A DNA stretch of 64,000 nucleotides from Amphiscolops sp. MND2022 (taxonomy: Eukaryota): contig OZ076420.1 in NCBI GenBank assembly GCA_964187785.1, positions 56,730,001-56,794,000 of the forward strand, given 5' to 3'. Shown in pieces: positions 24,801-36,899 of the stretch (positions are counted from its first letter, which is position 1; every line of letters starts with the position of its first letter). A program made the position numbers and the translations under genes. The notes under the pieces are model-generated. The model had not been told where the DNA came from and did not search any database. It saw only the letters and a list, made by a program, of their open reading frames with translations.

Positions 24801-26872
24801 TTGAGAAAATATTCACAACAACCGACCAATTCAAGTTCTACGTTCATAGTGTCTTTCATATATGGGAGTGTGAAATGAACCAACTTCTTCAAGCGAAGGC
24901 AATTGATGATGCATGACCAGCAGGGTTTTCGGAGTCGTTGGAGTCAACGAACTTCACATTGCCCACTACGTTGACGGAGAGGATCAGCAGCTCTACAAAA
25001 TCAAACACCTTCGACGAAAGAGACTTATACGCACCAACGACTTTGACTCAGTTGATTAAATGCTCCTCGGACACTAGACGGTACAGTCCTCTACAGCCTA
25101 GGGATGCATTCGTTGGTGGAAGAACGGAAATTTTTATGAATTTTTGGTGAAGGCAAACTGAGTCGCAAACTTTCTGCTATGTCGACGTCTGCTCCCTGTA
25201 CCCTTACGTCAAGTCGCGGTGCATGTATCCAGTTGGTCACACTGATCAAGTGTTCATTGCAACTGAGCAACGACACCTTGCCACTTATCGAGGAAAAGCT
25301 GAAGCAACATCACAAGTACTAGATGGTCCAAACTCGCCTTCGTCTCCTGTCAACAAAAATGAAGTTACCGAAATACTGTTCCTTGGACGAGGCGAGAGAA
25401 TTCTACGTTTTTCGAGAAACCAACAAGAAACTGATGCAAGAATTACCGATGAAGCAGTGGAGACAACGGTTACGGAATTTTCCGCTCTGTGTCTTTCTCA
25501 ATATACACAATAGTGGAAAAAAATTCTCAATGAGGACTTCTTCGGCCTCATTAAGTGCAAAGTATTACCTCCTTCTAATCTCCACCTACCAATTTTACCG
25601 TTTAAGTATCAATCAAAACTTTTCTTTCCTCTTTGCAGGCGGTGAGTTGAAGAGAGAAGCAACGTCTTAGATCACCGAAGCTTGGAGCTGACTTCTAACC
25701 TCTGTAGTCATTTCAAACCGAAAAAACGAGGTTTTTAGGGTACATTTGCAACCCCTGAACTGAAAAACGCCATTGAAGCAGGTTATCGCGTTCTTAATGT
25801 GGCAGAAGTTTGGAGCTGGTCCCGGTGCAAACGATCCACCAGTCTTTTCAAAGATTACATTGACACTTTCCTCAAAATCAAGATGGAGGCATCTGGTTGG
25901 CCCTCTGAAGGATGTTGCCAAACAAAGTCTGGATTAGTTGAAACACTGTGCTCGCACAAAAAGAAATAATTGGATGACATACGGGCGAAAGAAGGTATCA
26001 CGCTGGACCCTAACAGTATTGAAAAAAACGAAGGTCTCCGATTCATCGCCAAGATTTTATTGAAGAGTTTTTGGGGTTATTTGGGAATGAGAGACAACAT
26101 GCCTAAAACTAGATACGTCAACAACTACCGTGAAGTTGTTGAGTACTTCACATCCAGGACCAATCGTGTGACTGATGCAACTTTGGTCGGTGACGACTTG
26201 ATGCTTCTGCAATATCAGCTGATTGACGATGCCGCAGATTCGCCAAGAAAAATTAATGTCATTCTGGCCGCATTCACAACAGCTCATGCAAGGGTGATTC
26301 TTTACGAAAACATGCAATGTGTTCGAAATCTTAAAAACATTCTCTACTGTGACACAGATAGCATAATGTACGTACATGACAAATCTGATGGACTCGAACA
26401 GAACATACCTTTGGGATCAGCTATGGGTGAAATGACGAATGAGCTTCCTGATGATGTTTAAATCGACAAATTCTGGACTGCCGGTCCCAAATTTTACTCT
26501 TTGTCGGGACACAATGTTTTCTCAGGCCTCGAATACAACGTCTTCAAAGTGAAAAGTGTCGACCTAATCAGGGCGACGGAGAAAACCTTCAACCCAGACA
26601 CTTTCAAAAAGCTAATTCTTGGAGAAACACATGAGCTGAGGAGTCCTTTCACATCCTTAAGTATATGTGTGAAAACTGGTCAAATAAAAACTCGCTTTTG
26701 TGAAAAGAAGGCTCGTGTGACGAGCAATAAGCGTGTGTTTGACAAAAAACTGGTGTATCGGCGCCTTTTGGTTATATCAGTAGCCTTTGACGATAATATA
26801 TTCATTTGTTTTTCTACGTTCCTTTTCAATAGAATTCTTCACCGATTTATTTTTTCTGTTGTTCGAAGGTAG
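21887..26872 (+). pseudogene. polB: Protein-primed family B DNA polymerase (pPolB), multiply frameshifted
   Basis: N-terminal IRLVL..P.L..PIHIPF...VVNSNESF; ExoI FDIET, ExoII HFGSGFD, ExoIII YCESDV; RDAFVGGRTE; YVDVCSLYPYV; AKILLKSFWGYLG; YCDTDS; GPKFYSL. Confidence 0.95.
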
Positions 26873-27643
26873 CAAACAGGTGCTTTTTCAAAACAATACA
26901 AATGCATAGATAGTCCTTTCCTAACTAATTGTTGCTTGCTTTCAGAAAACGCCCATGGAGTTTAGACGCAAAACGTCATCACTATGCAGTCATTTTGTTT
27001 TCTATCCTAATAAAAAATTCGAGAAAAAAGCAGTTGCCCAATGCCTATTTGTGCGTATTAGCATCCGTAAACTTTTGACTGAGTGGGTGCTGGTTTTGTT
27101 AACGGCGGTCATCTCTTCTGTTGCTACCAACAATGTGGTTTCAAGGACGACGGTGTTCAATGTGTTCAAGATTTGTCACCGTATTTGCAGAGCGGTCGTT
27201 TTCCTGCAGGAAGGTGTTACATTCTACCAGATCCTCGAGACAGCACGGCCACAGACAGTCATATACATATACTAGTGTTTTTGCCTCCAGAACAACTACA
27301 GAAAAAAGATGGTATTTGTAAGGAGTCACACCTTGAACCAGGTAACAATAGCAAGAAAATTGAACTGGAACTGAAAACCGAGAACTTTTTTTAAATGGGC
27401 ACCGAAAATGATGGCAAAAGTGACCTGGGAACTCCATTGCATCTGGGAAAACGAACACCGGTGAAAAATCATACTTTGTCATACTTCATGCATTATAGTA
27501 TTCGTTCTCGTCGTCTTGGTTTCATGGCGTCTCGTCTAGATAAAGAATTGAATATCTTGTCTCGTTTTCGGTTTTCTTGAGTTTGAATAGTTTTACTTTT
27601 AGTGTTTTTACTTTTCATGTTGAGCTCATCCTGGAAATGAACA

Positions 27644-28285
27644 GTGGATTTTTTTCAAATTTTTTGGATCGTCATTTGCTTTTTAAATTCAGTCACACGC
27701 ATATCTCTTTTGAAAATTGAAACAATTTACGAACTTGCCAAAGAACTATACAAACATTGTACTAACCACGACAACGACGTGCTCAAAGATTCAATCGCGA
27801 AAACCGTTGAATTGGAAACTGATTCAGGATTGATTTCTCCAAAGTTCGACCTACGTCTCGACGTGGCTGTTTCCCGGCATTTGTATTTAAATCCAAACTT
27901 TTCCTGAGCGTGCTTCTGGTTGAAACTAACAGATGTTCATGTATTAATATCTGTCCCTCGTGTGCTTTCAACAAGTTGCTCAAATGCAATGAATTCTCAC
28001 ATAGAGCTCCTTGGGGCGGGATTATAGGACCAGGGATGACAGTTCGAACTCACTCCCTTGATGGCTCCGTTATTCCCAATTTCAAAATTACACGCTGTTT
28101 TCCACGATGCGTATGGTCATTTGTATCAGTTCCACAAAAAACGACCAGGCTATACATATGCTCTACCCGTAAATCTTGTTCCCAGTTGTTTTTGGTTGGG
28201 ACATATAACCGGTTTCATATTTTTTCTATGGTTGAAAATTAGACATTATGCTGCTTTCAGATACTTTGAGTCTCTACTCAAGTAA
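27644..28285 (+). pseudogene. Hypothetical Polinton accessory gene with hydrophobic N-terminus and Cys-rich middle; contains LKCNE
   Basis: ORFs 27644-27907 and 27910-28242 share a frame and are separated by one TGA; the reading continues in a shifted frame. Confidence 0.4.
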
Positions 28286-28318
28286 AATTGGCTCAAAGAG
28301 AATGCTTTTGATGAGAAA

Positions 28319-29353
28319 ATGACGGCCTTCTTACCATTGTCGAATACCTTGCAACTAGGATTTCACTTTCCTAACAACAATCAGCCTCTCGATCAAAACA
28401 ACTTGAAAAAGTCAACGCAGTCTACGCCGTATCCCAGAGTTACAAGCAGTAGATGGTACGCCACAGAGAGTTTATGCAGTAGTGCTGGATTGATTGGGTC
28501 AAGGCGAGCAGATAGTATTGAGATAAGTTGGGAAGAATACCGCTGTTTGGTGCAAAGTAAACCCATTGCTCTGAACATTCTCACTTTCAGAGATTATACT
28601 AACTCCGAGACAGATGGCGGCAGGATGCAATACGGATTGGCGATTCAAAATCATACGGCTTCGCAATCTTTGACATCCAGTTTTAACAATAGAAACTATA
28701 GAACCAGTTTGAACACTGCTTCTACAGGACACGGTCCGAATTATACCTTGCCGTCCGGTGGTCATGCAGTCTTTCATCAAACAAACCCCAACTACGCTAG
28801 GTACGTTGGTTGCCCGTATGCAAGACTGAGTACTTCGCATCCTACTTGTTTACCCTATATGAACCAACCTTCAGTTTGGAATAACGTACCTGGTTCAACT
28901 CAGCCCAGAAATTGGCCTAGTCAAGAAACTCAAAGACAATATGCAGAAAGGGCTACATCTTCGCATCAACACTTGGGAAATGCTAATCAACCTCAAAATA
29001 ACATAAAGACTTCAATGATCAATTTTTATGACACTCAGAGCCTTGACAACTCGAATGTTTCAACGCCCAACGGTGGCATGTCTCCGACTACGTCAACAGT
29101 TGTACCTGAGGTTTCAAGCAACCGTTCCCTTACTCTCTCATCCATACTTGATGAACAAAGTGGTGATCCTGCTCACCTTCCGATTCAATATCAAGAAGAA
29201 ATAATAAGCGAGTATGAAAACGACGAGGACGAAAGAGAAAAAGAAATTAACCTCTCTACAACGCGACTCTCTCCAAAGAGCGCCAACCCTCCTGAACGAG
29301 TTTATGCTACAGGCGAAGGAGAGAGGGCTCAACTCCTTGATCAAAATACTTAG
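28319..29353 (+). CDS. Uninterrupted 344-aa Ser/Asn/Gln/Thr-rich hypothetical protein with acidic C-terminus
   Basis: ORF track; no family recognised. Confidence 0.55.
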   Translation: MTAFLPLSNTLQLGFHFPNNNQPLDQNNLKKSTQSTPYPRVTSSRWYATESLCSSAGLIGSRRADSIEISWEEYRCLVQSKPIALNILTFRDYTNSETDGGRMQYGLAIQNHTASQSLTSSFNNRNYRTSLNTASTGHGPNYTLPSGGHAVFHQTNPNYARYVGCPYARLSTSHPTCLPYMNQPSVWNNVPGSTQPRNWPSQETQRQYAERATSSHQHLGNANQPQNNIKTSMINFYDTQSLDNSNVSTPNGGMSPTTSTVVPEVSSNRSLTLSSILDEQSGDPAHLPIQYQEEIISEYENDEDEREKEINLSTTRLSPKSANPPERVYATGEGERAQLLDQNT

Positions 29354-29530
29354 GAAACAATCTTTGTAAAAAGAAAAAAACAATGCTTGATGTTGTCCAT
29401 GCTTCTTTTATAATACTTCACTTTGTGTCAATTATCATTTTTCTCCAGACCATCATATTTTTTGCCGAGAATAAACAAGTGTAAAATTAAATGAATCTTC
29501 CGACAATTTTTTCAACCATATCATTTTCAG

Positions 29531-30259
29531 ATGTTGGATGACACGTTTTGTCCTTCCACGTCAGACTCTCTAAAAGTTACTGGTGATTGTGCAACGCCTA
29601 GTCATTTGAATTCCATAAATGCTAACACTGACTTGCAGCTTACAACTGTGAACAATGATAGGGTGCTAGAACATAAATCAGAAGAGAGTACAAGAGACGA
29701 GCAGTTTTGTGAAAGCAGCAGAGGCAGTGGCACCCACTTCCGAAATAAAGTAGTTAAACAGCTGCCTCCAATATCTCAAATTCTCTACCTCACGGAGCTG
29801 TCTGTTATTGTTATTTTGGACACCTTTTGTTTGTTGAAATTAAGTTTTTTACGATTAGAAAGCAAAACCCCCAGCTGCAAGGAATCCGACCAACAATTGT
29901 GTGTAGACACATCTTTATTAATGAGCTTCTTGAGCTCAACATTGGGTTATTTTTTACCGCCTTCAAGATTGCCTGAAAACATTTACGACAAAAATCTTTC
30001 TGCGACTTCTTGTAAAACGGCCGATATCAATAGACAGTCAAAACGGTTGGAGCTATCAGAATCGTTAATACAATCACATTCAAAAGATCTTGATTTTGCT
30101 GATGGTACTCTAGTTGAAGTGATCACATCTCATCCCACCTACACTGAAGGTTCGCATTCAAAACAAGCAACTACCGATCAACAGTGGGTTTTTTCAATTA
30201 AATCGTTGGTCGTGAGTTCTTCATATTTTTCTCACAATTTGTCCTCGTTTTCTTTTTAG
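29531..30259 (+). CDS. Hypothetical ORF containing a small membrane-protein motif (..SLLMSFLSSTLGYFLPP) recalled from Polinton-like elements
   Basis: Two hydrophobic segments and LGYFLPP; sits directly upstream of the ATPase. Family recall unverified. Confidence 0.4.
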   Translation: MLDDTFCPSTSDSLKVTGDCATPSHLNSINANTDLQLTTVNNDRVLEHKSEESTRDEQFCESSRGSGTHFRNKVVKQLPPISQILYLTELSVIVILDTFCLLKLSFLRLESKTPSCKESDQQLCVDTSLLMSFLSSTLGYFLPPSRLPENIYDKNLSATSCKTADINRQSKRLELSESLIQSHSKDLDFADGTLVEVITSHPTYTEGSHSKQATTDQQWVFSIKSLVVSSSYFSHNLSSFSF

Positions 30260-30397
30260 TTATATTTTCTGTTGCTCGGCTGATTTTCGTGAAGTCTTTA
30301 AGTTGTGAGGAGAAAACAGCCTATTTCATGATTCTATCAACAAGTATAGCATATCTTTTGCCCAACGCAGATTCCTTCTACAAACCCCTCAAATGAA

Positions 30398-31260
30398 ATG
30401 AATAAAGTCATATCAACTCAAGTGAGAGTTTTCATGTGCATTTGTGGCTCGGTTGGATCTGGTAAAACACGCCTAATTTTTGAATACTGACACGCAACTC
30501 TGAAGACGGTAGCATTTTCAGACCACCGTTCAAGAAAATTGTTTATTACTATCGTTATTGGCAACCGATTTATGATCAACTTCAAAAAGAAGTTCCCGGC
30601 CAGATTTTTTTTCGCAACTGTAAAGTGTCAGCATCTTTTCAGAAAAGCAAAGAGCATCAAAACAAAAATGAAACCCAAAATCCATTGAATTCAAAACACG
30701 CAAAGTTACGCTACTCTTTGGTTGACATTGACCCACTCATTGAAGAACTTTTGAATCATCAGTCTAGTGTAAGCGATTTCAGAACTGACGAAAACAACGA
30801 CAAAATTTTAGCAATTTTTGATGACTCTTGTGATGAAGTTTTAAAAAGTTCATCTTTCGCTAATTTGGCAACTGCTGGTCGGCACAAAGGTGTCAGTGTA
30901 ATTTTCATTAAACACAATCTCTATCACCAGGGTCGTTATTGCGTCACTGTTGACATTAACAAAACAAAACACATCTTGTCATTATGAAATCACCCAGAAT
31001 GGGCAGGCAGTTGAAAATTCTTGGTTCAGAACTAGAGTTTGCCGATTCCAATTTCATGCAAGCAGCTTATCAGCGCGCTACTTCAGTGACGCATGGACAT
31101 TTACTCAGCCCATTGATCTCAGCGCAACTTGCCACGATTCAATACGTTTCGCGACCAGAATCTGTAACTTCGATGAGAAATTGTCTAAATTCAAGACTTC
31201 GCCCAAACATTTTAGCGGCATCACGAAGGACTGCAAAGTAACCAAATCAGTAGCTCTGGA
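30398..31260 (+). pseudogene. A32/FtsK-like DNA packaging ATPase
   Basis: Walker A GSVGSGKT; PFKKIVYYYRYWQPIY; Walker B ILAIFDD; TAGRHKGVSVIFIKHNLY; YQRATSVTHGHLL. Confidence 0.92.
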
Positions 31261-31289
31261 AAACAGAGATAACCGAACTTCGTTTTCAG

Positions 31290-32110
31290 TTGGTGAGCCA
31301 ACAACCTTTCTCCTTCCTCAAAAACTTTTCTCCCAGTATGCCAGAACTGAGCAATTCAATGATCACTCTAACTTGCCTGACGCGTTGAAAGAGTTATTCT
31401 GTAATTCCATTCTCTTCTGTTTGCTCTACTTCAGTTTTATATGGCAAGTGTTCTTTTAGTGTAGTTGACCTAGTTTGATTGAGCGTCCTTCATCGCCATT
31501 TCCTCATATCCTTAAACGGTCAATGGAAGAATTTGTCCTCATACCTTTGTCAATTTAGAAAAAAACCTATTAACCAGTATAATTACAAATCGGGGCAATC
31601 AACAGCGCGTGTTGACGATGCTGCATTGAGTTTAGAAGAGAATCCTTCGAAAACAGTGAGCAACTCAGCAAAATTAATTGAAAAAGAAATCGCGTCATCA
31701 CGTAGTACTACAGACAATCCACCTGCAACAAATTTGCTGCAGGACGTGGCAAACTCTGTTGAAGGTCAAGGGTTGCCTGTGAAAAAAAGGCATCGAGCGA
31801 CTGAAGAGAAAACCGCTATGTCGACTCGAAAACCAGGATACCAGGAATTTTGAACCTACTTATCCAGTGTGAAGAAATCACCTTCAAGACATCGACATCT
31901 TCGTTCAACTTATCGTCAGCCAGCGGCTCAGTTGAGGAGTATACCGGTCGTTCTACGGACACAACTTTAGACATTTTAACATTTCTCCGTGACTTGCAAG
32001 TTTATCAGAAGAGAGTTCCTGAAAGTTATTTTCTAGTTTACTGTTCCCCGCGACAAGTCACAATTCTGTTCAGCTTGCCAAAAACCTAATTGTGAACAGA
32101 AATAGTTTGA
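31290..32110 (+). pseudogene. Uncharacterised Polinton ORF between ATPase and integrase
   Basis: Fragments FLLPQKLF..., 31479-31853 and ILTFLRDLQVYQKRVP; position typical of Polinton core genes. Confidence 0.4.
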
Positions 32111-32162
32111 GTCACATTATAAACAGAAACGTGCATCAACAAAGATTGCCGCAACATCCCTG

Positions 32163-33182
32163 ATGACTCCATCAAAATCAGATGACCGACCATTGTCGGA
32201 AACGGAATATAGAAGACTTCATGGTATATACACATCTCCTTCAAATCCTGCTGCTTTTGGTAGTGTTAAGAACTTAGTGAAAGCGAGCGGCCTACCGAGA
32301 AAAAAGTTTTGGCTTATCTACAAAGCTCACCAACTTATACCAAATTCAAACCTCCACGCCGACGTTTTCAGCGGCTCCCTGTTATAGCCCTCGGAATCAA
32401 TCATATTTGGTCCCTTGATGTTGCTTACATGGAAAAACTGCAAAAGTTCAACGATGGTTACAAATACTTGCTTCTTGCAGTTGATGTTCTCTCTCGAAAA
32501 ATTCGAGTGCAACCTTTGAAAGACAAGACATGATGGCGCTTCTGCACTGAAAAAAAATGATCAATTTTGACAAACTTGATTTTCCAATCAAAATTTGGGT
32601 TGCTCAAGGCAAAGAATTTCAAGGTGAATTCGCAAAATTTTGTTCCAACAACGCTACAGAAATTAATCACAGTTACAGTGAGACCAAAATTGCATGGCTG
32701 AAAGATACATACGAACCCTGAAATTACTCCTACACAAATTTTTCGAAGAGCGTCGAACTTTCAGATACATCTTACTTTTGCAAAAGTTTGTTGAATTGGT
32801 TAATAACAGGTATAACCGATCCATTGGCATGGCAGCGAGTAGAGTTACACAACGAAAGGTTCCAAAATTGCTCGCTCTGCAAATAGCCAAGTTAGAAACG
32901 AAGACCAACCAGGCTGCTAAACGTTTCAAGGTAGGGGATCGTGTTCGTATCGCGCTCAAAGTTATGCCATTCGGCAAAAGATATAAGCAACAATACACAA
33001 GTGAAGTATTCAAAATTGTCAAGGTACATCAGTACAAGAAGGATCCCGTCACATACAAACTGCTTGATTCTGACACTGAACATATCTTAGGCCAATTTTA
33101 TCAGCCCGAGCTTACTCATTTCAAATATTTACAAAATCGCAGTCAGTCGCGTCATCAAAGAATTTTGTTCCAATCTATTTGA
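32163..33182 (+). pseudogene. int: Polinton retroviral-like (RVE/c-int) integrase
   Basis: YTSPSNPAAFGSV; WSLDVAYM; YKYLLLAVDVLSRK; WVAQGKEF; AERYIRTLK; FKVGDRVRI; YTSEVFKI; GQFYQPEL. Confidence 0.93.
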
Positions 33183-33288
33183 AAGTGAATACGATAACCT
33201 TAACAATTCAGTAATCACCAAGTACATGCTATTTGCCTACCCAAAGTCAGCTTTCAATCACCGTTTCAATTAAAAACGTTTGAAGACA

Positions 33289-34114
33289 ATGACCGAAAAT
33301 TTCACTGTTACTCTATCATCTAACGCGTCTTCAGACGTGTATCCCACAATCACATTGGCATCTTTCAGAACCTGTTTACCGACAACAATTGAACTGGAGG
33401 GAAAACGGGACGTCGGATTGACAGAGATTACCTATCCTCGAAAAATAAACAATGTGAGAGAGTCTACTTTTGATTTTTATTACCATGTGGGTGGAGAAAA
33501 TGGATAAAAAATTGCATGGTTGGGAGAGGCGTCTATACAGACATTGGACAGATCATTGAAGAGATGAACAGAGGCATTCATTATACACGGGGTGTGTGGA
33601 ATAAGGAACAGTTTAAAAAATATTTCAGATGGAAAATCGACCTTGAGGGCAAATTCATGCTGAATTATCAAGATACCGTCAAATTTGCTGCCATGTCATC
33701 CGATCTCTTTCACATTCTCGGATGTAAGCAGGTTACAACTCCTTGGAAGCATCCACCCCTCTATCATGACATGCCATCACATTTTCCTGTAGACATTCAT
33801 CATTGGCATCAAAAATACGTGTACGGGGACTTTATTGAGCAACAATTTGTTGGCAACAGTTGAGCTCCACTCCTGAACACATTTCATCTATTCAACCCAC
33901 AACAAATGCCACCAAAGGAGGAGGAAGAGAAACCTGGAGGCTCCTTCGGGTATGGCGCCTGCTCTTTTGTGTCCTTCCCCAACCCAACATTCAAAATTGT
34001 TTCGAGAAACTGATTGACATACTCATTGAATTGCGCACCGACACAGGAGATTTGGTGCCTTTCATTGGTGTCGGCCGCACGACTGTCACATGTTTCTTTC
34101 GTCGAAAAAACTGA
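33289..34114 (+). pseudogene. Minor capsid (penton-like, single jelly-roll) protein
   Basis: FTVTLSSNASSDVYP..LASFRTCLP..IELEG...VGLTEITYP; YVYGDFIEQQFVGN; IELRTDTGDLVPF. Confidence 0.85.
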
Positions 34115-34296
34115 GCTTTCTTTTGTTTTTTTTAGGTAACAATTTTTTTACACTATTCGAATTATCTCTTTCCATTTTTCCCAAATCGTTTGCCCCAAAA
34201 CAGTTGTATGTGGAATTCTCGGTCTCTCTTTGAGTTTTTAGAGCAACTCCTGAAAGAAAAATTCAGTTGCCTCCCCAATAATCCTGGTCGAACCCA

Positions 34297-34839
34297 ATGT
34301 CTCGAACATCGTCAGGTTCCTTTTCCAATCACAACCGAGTACATCCCACGAATATGAATTATTTCCAAGGATCACCATATCGACAGTGTGGCAGTGGCAT
34401 AGGTGCAGCAATTAAAGCCGGTCTTAGAGGTTTTGTGATACCTATGTTCAAACGGTATGGCCTTCCTGTGGCCAAATCGTTTCTGACTCAAACTGCACCT
34501 GAAGTCCTCAATATTTTAGATCGGACTACCAAGCCGAAAACTGCCATGGAAAATGCCGTCAAAAAGACCATTCGTCAGCAGATTGGCGGTGGTCGGGAAG
34601 GACAAAAAAGAAAACCGTGTCAAAAAACAAGAGAAAAAAGACATCAAAGAAAAAAAGACCATCGTTTGCAAAATAAAATAAGTCAAATCGTTGATTTCGA
34701 AAAACGCACATCTTCGAAAAAATCGAAGAAAACATTTAAGAAGCAACGCTCCCAGGAACCAGCTGGTAAACGCCACAAGAAAACAAAATTTAAAAAAAGT
34801 CGTCAAGACTTTTTTGCATCCATTGCTGATCACGCGTAA
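34297..34839 (+). CDS. Basic core/DNA-condensing virion protein with adenain-type cleavage sites
   Basis: RQCGSGIGA..G..GF.IP.FK amphipathic segment, QIGGG-R site and Lys/Arg-rich tail; located between penton and MCP. Confidence 0.7.
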   Translation: MSRTSSGSFSNHNRVHPTNMNYFQGSPYRQCGSGIGAAIKAGLRGFVIPMFKRYGLPVAKSFLTQTAPEVLNILDRTTKPKTAMENAVKKTIRQQIGGGREGQKRKPCQKTREKRHQRKKDHRLQNKISQIVDFEKRTSSKKSKKTFKKQRSQEPAGKRHKKTKFKKSRQDFFASIADHA

Positions 34840-34951
34840 CTAACCCTATACAGAAACAATTTGATGCACTTGAAACAATTACTTTGCTGACCAGTTGCCT
34901 TTGATATTCATCTTTTTACTATTAGTAGTTTCTCGTGTTTCATTTTACAAA

Positions 34952-36274
34952 ATGCCCGAGACATTTATTTACTCAGAACCACCGACACCGGGAATGCACT
35001 CCGGTTTGTCTTCATTTGGGGCATCCGACATACTAGTCGACTTTCAGCGAGGATATCATGAAGAAGTATTCACCCCCAAACAGTGCTGACGGGCCCGTGT
35101 TGGAATTTGACTTCCAGGGATCCAAGACTGAAATTGGTGGCACAGAGATAGATTTGGTCAATTAATTTTTGAAAATCGATGTCAAAGTGAATTATACCGG
35201 AAAAGAAACTGAAGCCGACTTTGAAATAGACAAGAAACCCGTTTTTGTCAAAGATTTGATGCATAGTCTGTTTCAAAACGTAGAAATTTCTTTGAACGGA
35301 GCACCTGTATCTTCAGCAAACACTTTATAACCCTACAAGGCATTGGTCGGGGCAGAACTGTCGCGTAACGCTTCTTGTGAAGAGGGCTGGTTGCGTTTCC
35401 AGGGATATCAAATTGAAGATAATACTGGTGACGTGTCAGATGAAGCCTTTTCCAACCGTAAAAAGCTCGGGGAGAAACTTACGTCAAGGTGGACTTTATA
35501 TGGGCGGTTTGCTGATAGCTTTCTAGCAGACAACCACAAGTTCTTGCTGCCTGGAGTTGAGGTACGAGTCAAACTATATCGAGCGCCAGATCAGTTTGTT
35601 ATGATACACAGCGATGCTTCGAAAGACTCACAAGGCGATTTTTCTATTCAAATTGTCAGTGCCTCGCTACTAGTACACAAGCTAGAGTAAAAAAACGAAA
35701 CTTACTTGACAATTGAACGAATGTTGTAGGGAAAAGCAGCTTATTTTGAATTTCGAGAAACAGTTCCGAAATCTTTCCGCATTTCTTCTGGAGAAACAAT
35801 GTATTACCGAGATGACATTTCAATCGTGCCCCCATCAGTCGAATAGTTTTGTTCATGGTTCCCGAAACAAGTTTCAGCGGGAATTTTGAGACGAATCTTT
35901 TCCATTTTCAACAAGTGGATCTTGAAGTAGTTCGCTTGAATCGAGAAGGAGCGCTTGTTGGCGCAACACCGATGCACTTGAACGACAATTTGGTTAGTTC
36001 ACACTATAACACGCTCAAATCTTTGGACTTTGAGCATGGAGAGAATAGAATAACCTTAGACAACTTTGGCGATCATTTCTGTCTCGTGTTCGAACTCACT
36101 GCCGATTGTCATATAGAAGACAACACAATTCGTCCAGAACTCACTGGCGCACGACTGGGGCTCAAGTTTTCGAAAGCTGTTTCGAAACCAATTCGTCTCC
36201 TTGTGTTGGGTGAGAGGCGTTCCGTCGTGCTGGTCGATCGCAATCGGGAATTTATCAAGAATTCGAGCAATTAA
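34952..36274 (+). pseudogene. Double jelly-roll major capsid protein
   Basis: GPVLEFDF; MHSLFQNVEISLNG..VS; PYKA..; LLPGVEVRVKLYR..; FSGNFETN.FHFQ; FGDHFCLVFELT. Confidence 0.9.
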
Positions 36275-36275
36275 A

Positions 36276-36757
36276 ATGGTTGACAACACCCAATTGACTG
36301 ACCTAATCAACAAAGACCCGTTGCTGAAATTCAAGTTCCGAGGATGTTTTTCACAAGCCATCTTCCCTAAATTGTTGCCAAATCAGTTTGTTATTGTTAA
36401 TACGGATGCCTCCAACCAATCAGGGGAACATTGGCTACTTATAGCTTCAAAAAACGACAGTATTTTACTGTATGACAGCTTCGGTCGAGCCTTTGAGCAG
36501 TTTTTAGGAGTAATATACAACAAAGTGAACGAATGGACAAAGTCGACCAAACAAAAAAATTCATCAATATATACCAGCTTCAACCATGTTACTACCCGTT
36601 GAAAATGAACTCTGTGGCACATACTGTGTTTGTATTACTCATTTTTTATAGGACTAAGCAATCATTGAAAACAAATGACACTTTATTAGACTTTTCCACT
36701 TTTCCAGCTTATGCCACAGAAGAAGACATTTTGCGATTCATCAGCACTAATTTTTGA
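36276..36757 (+). pseudogene. Adenain-like cysteine (maturation) protease
   Basis: IVNTD...GEHW (His), YDSFG (Asp), LQP (Gln), then LCGTYC (Cys) after a frameshift. Confidence 0.92.
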
Positions 36758-36899
36758 TACATGCCCGTGATTTGTACAAAAAGTGTTTTTAAAATTATTA
36801 ATAGTGTGTCAGCTACTTGGTGCAGCTTTCTGTAACTTCTTCAAGTTTTGTCTATTGATTGAATTGTACGTATTTCTTGATTACATGTTTTTTGTTTAG

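Larger units (their letters stand above)
19231..36757 (+). mobile_element. Polinton/Maverick (adintovirus-like endogenous virus), decayed; TIRs not found
   Basis: Co-oriented pPolB, A32-like ATPase, RVE integrase, penton, core protein, DJR major capsid and adenain-like protease make up the established Polinton core gene set. Confidence 0.93.

Noticed and set aside
21887-36757. Alternative genetic code or programmed recoding to explain the stops
   Set aside because: All three stop codons and many frameshifts occur at random positions, which indicates decay.
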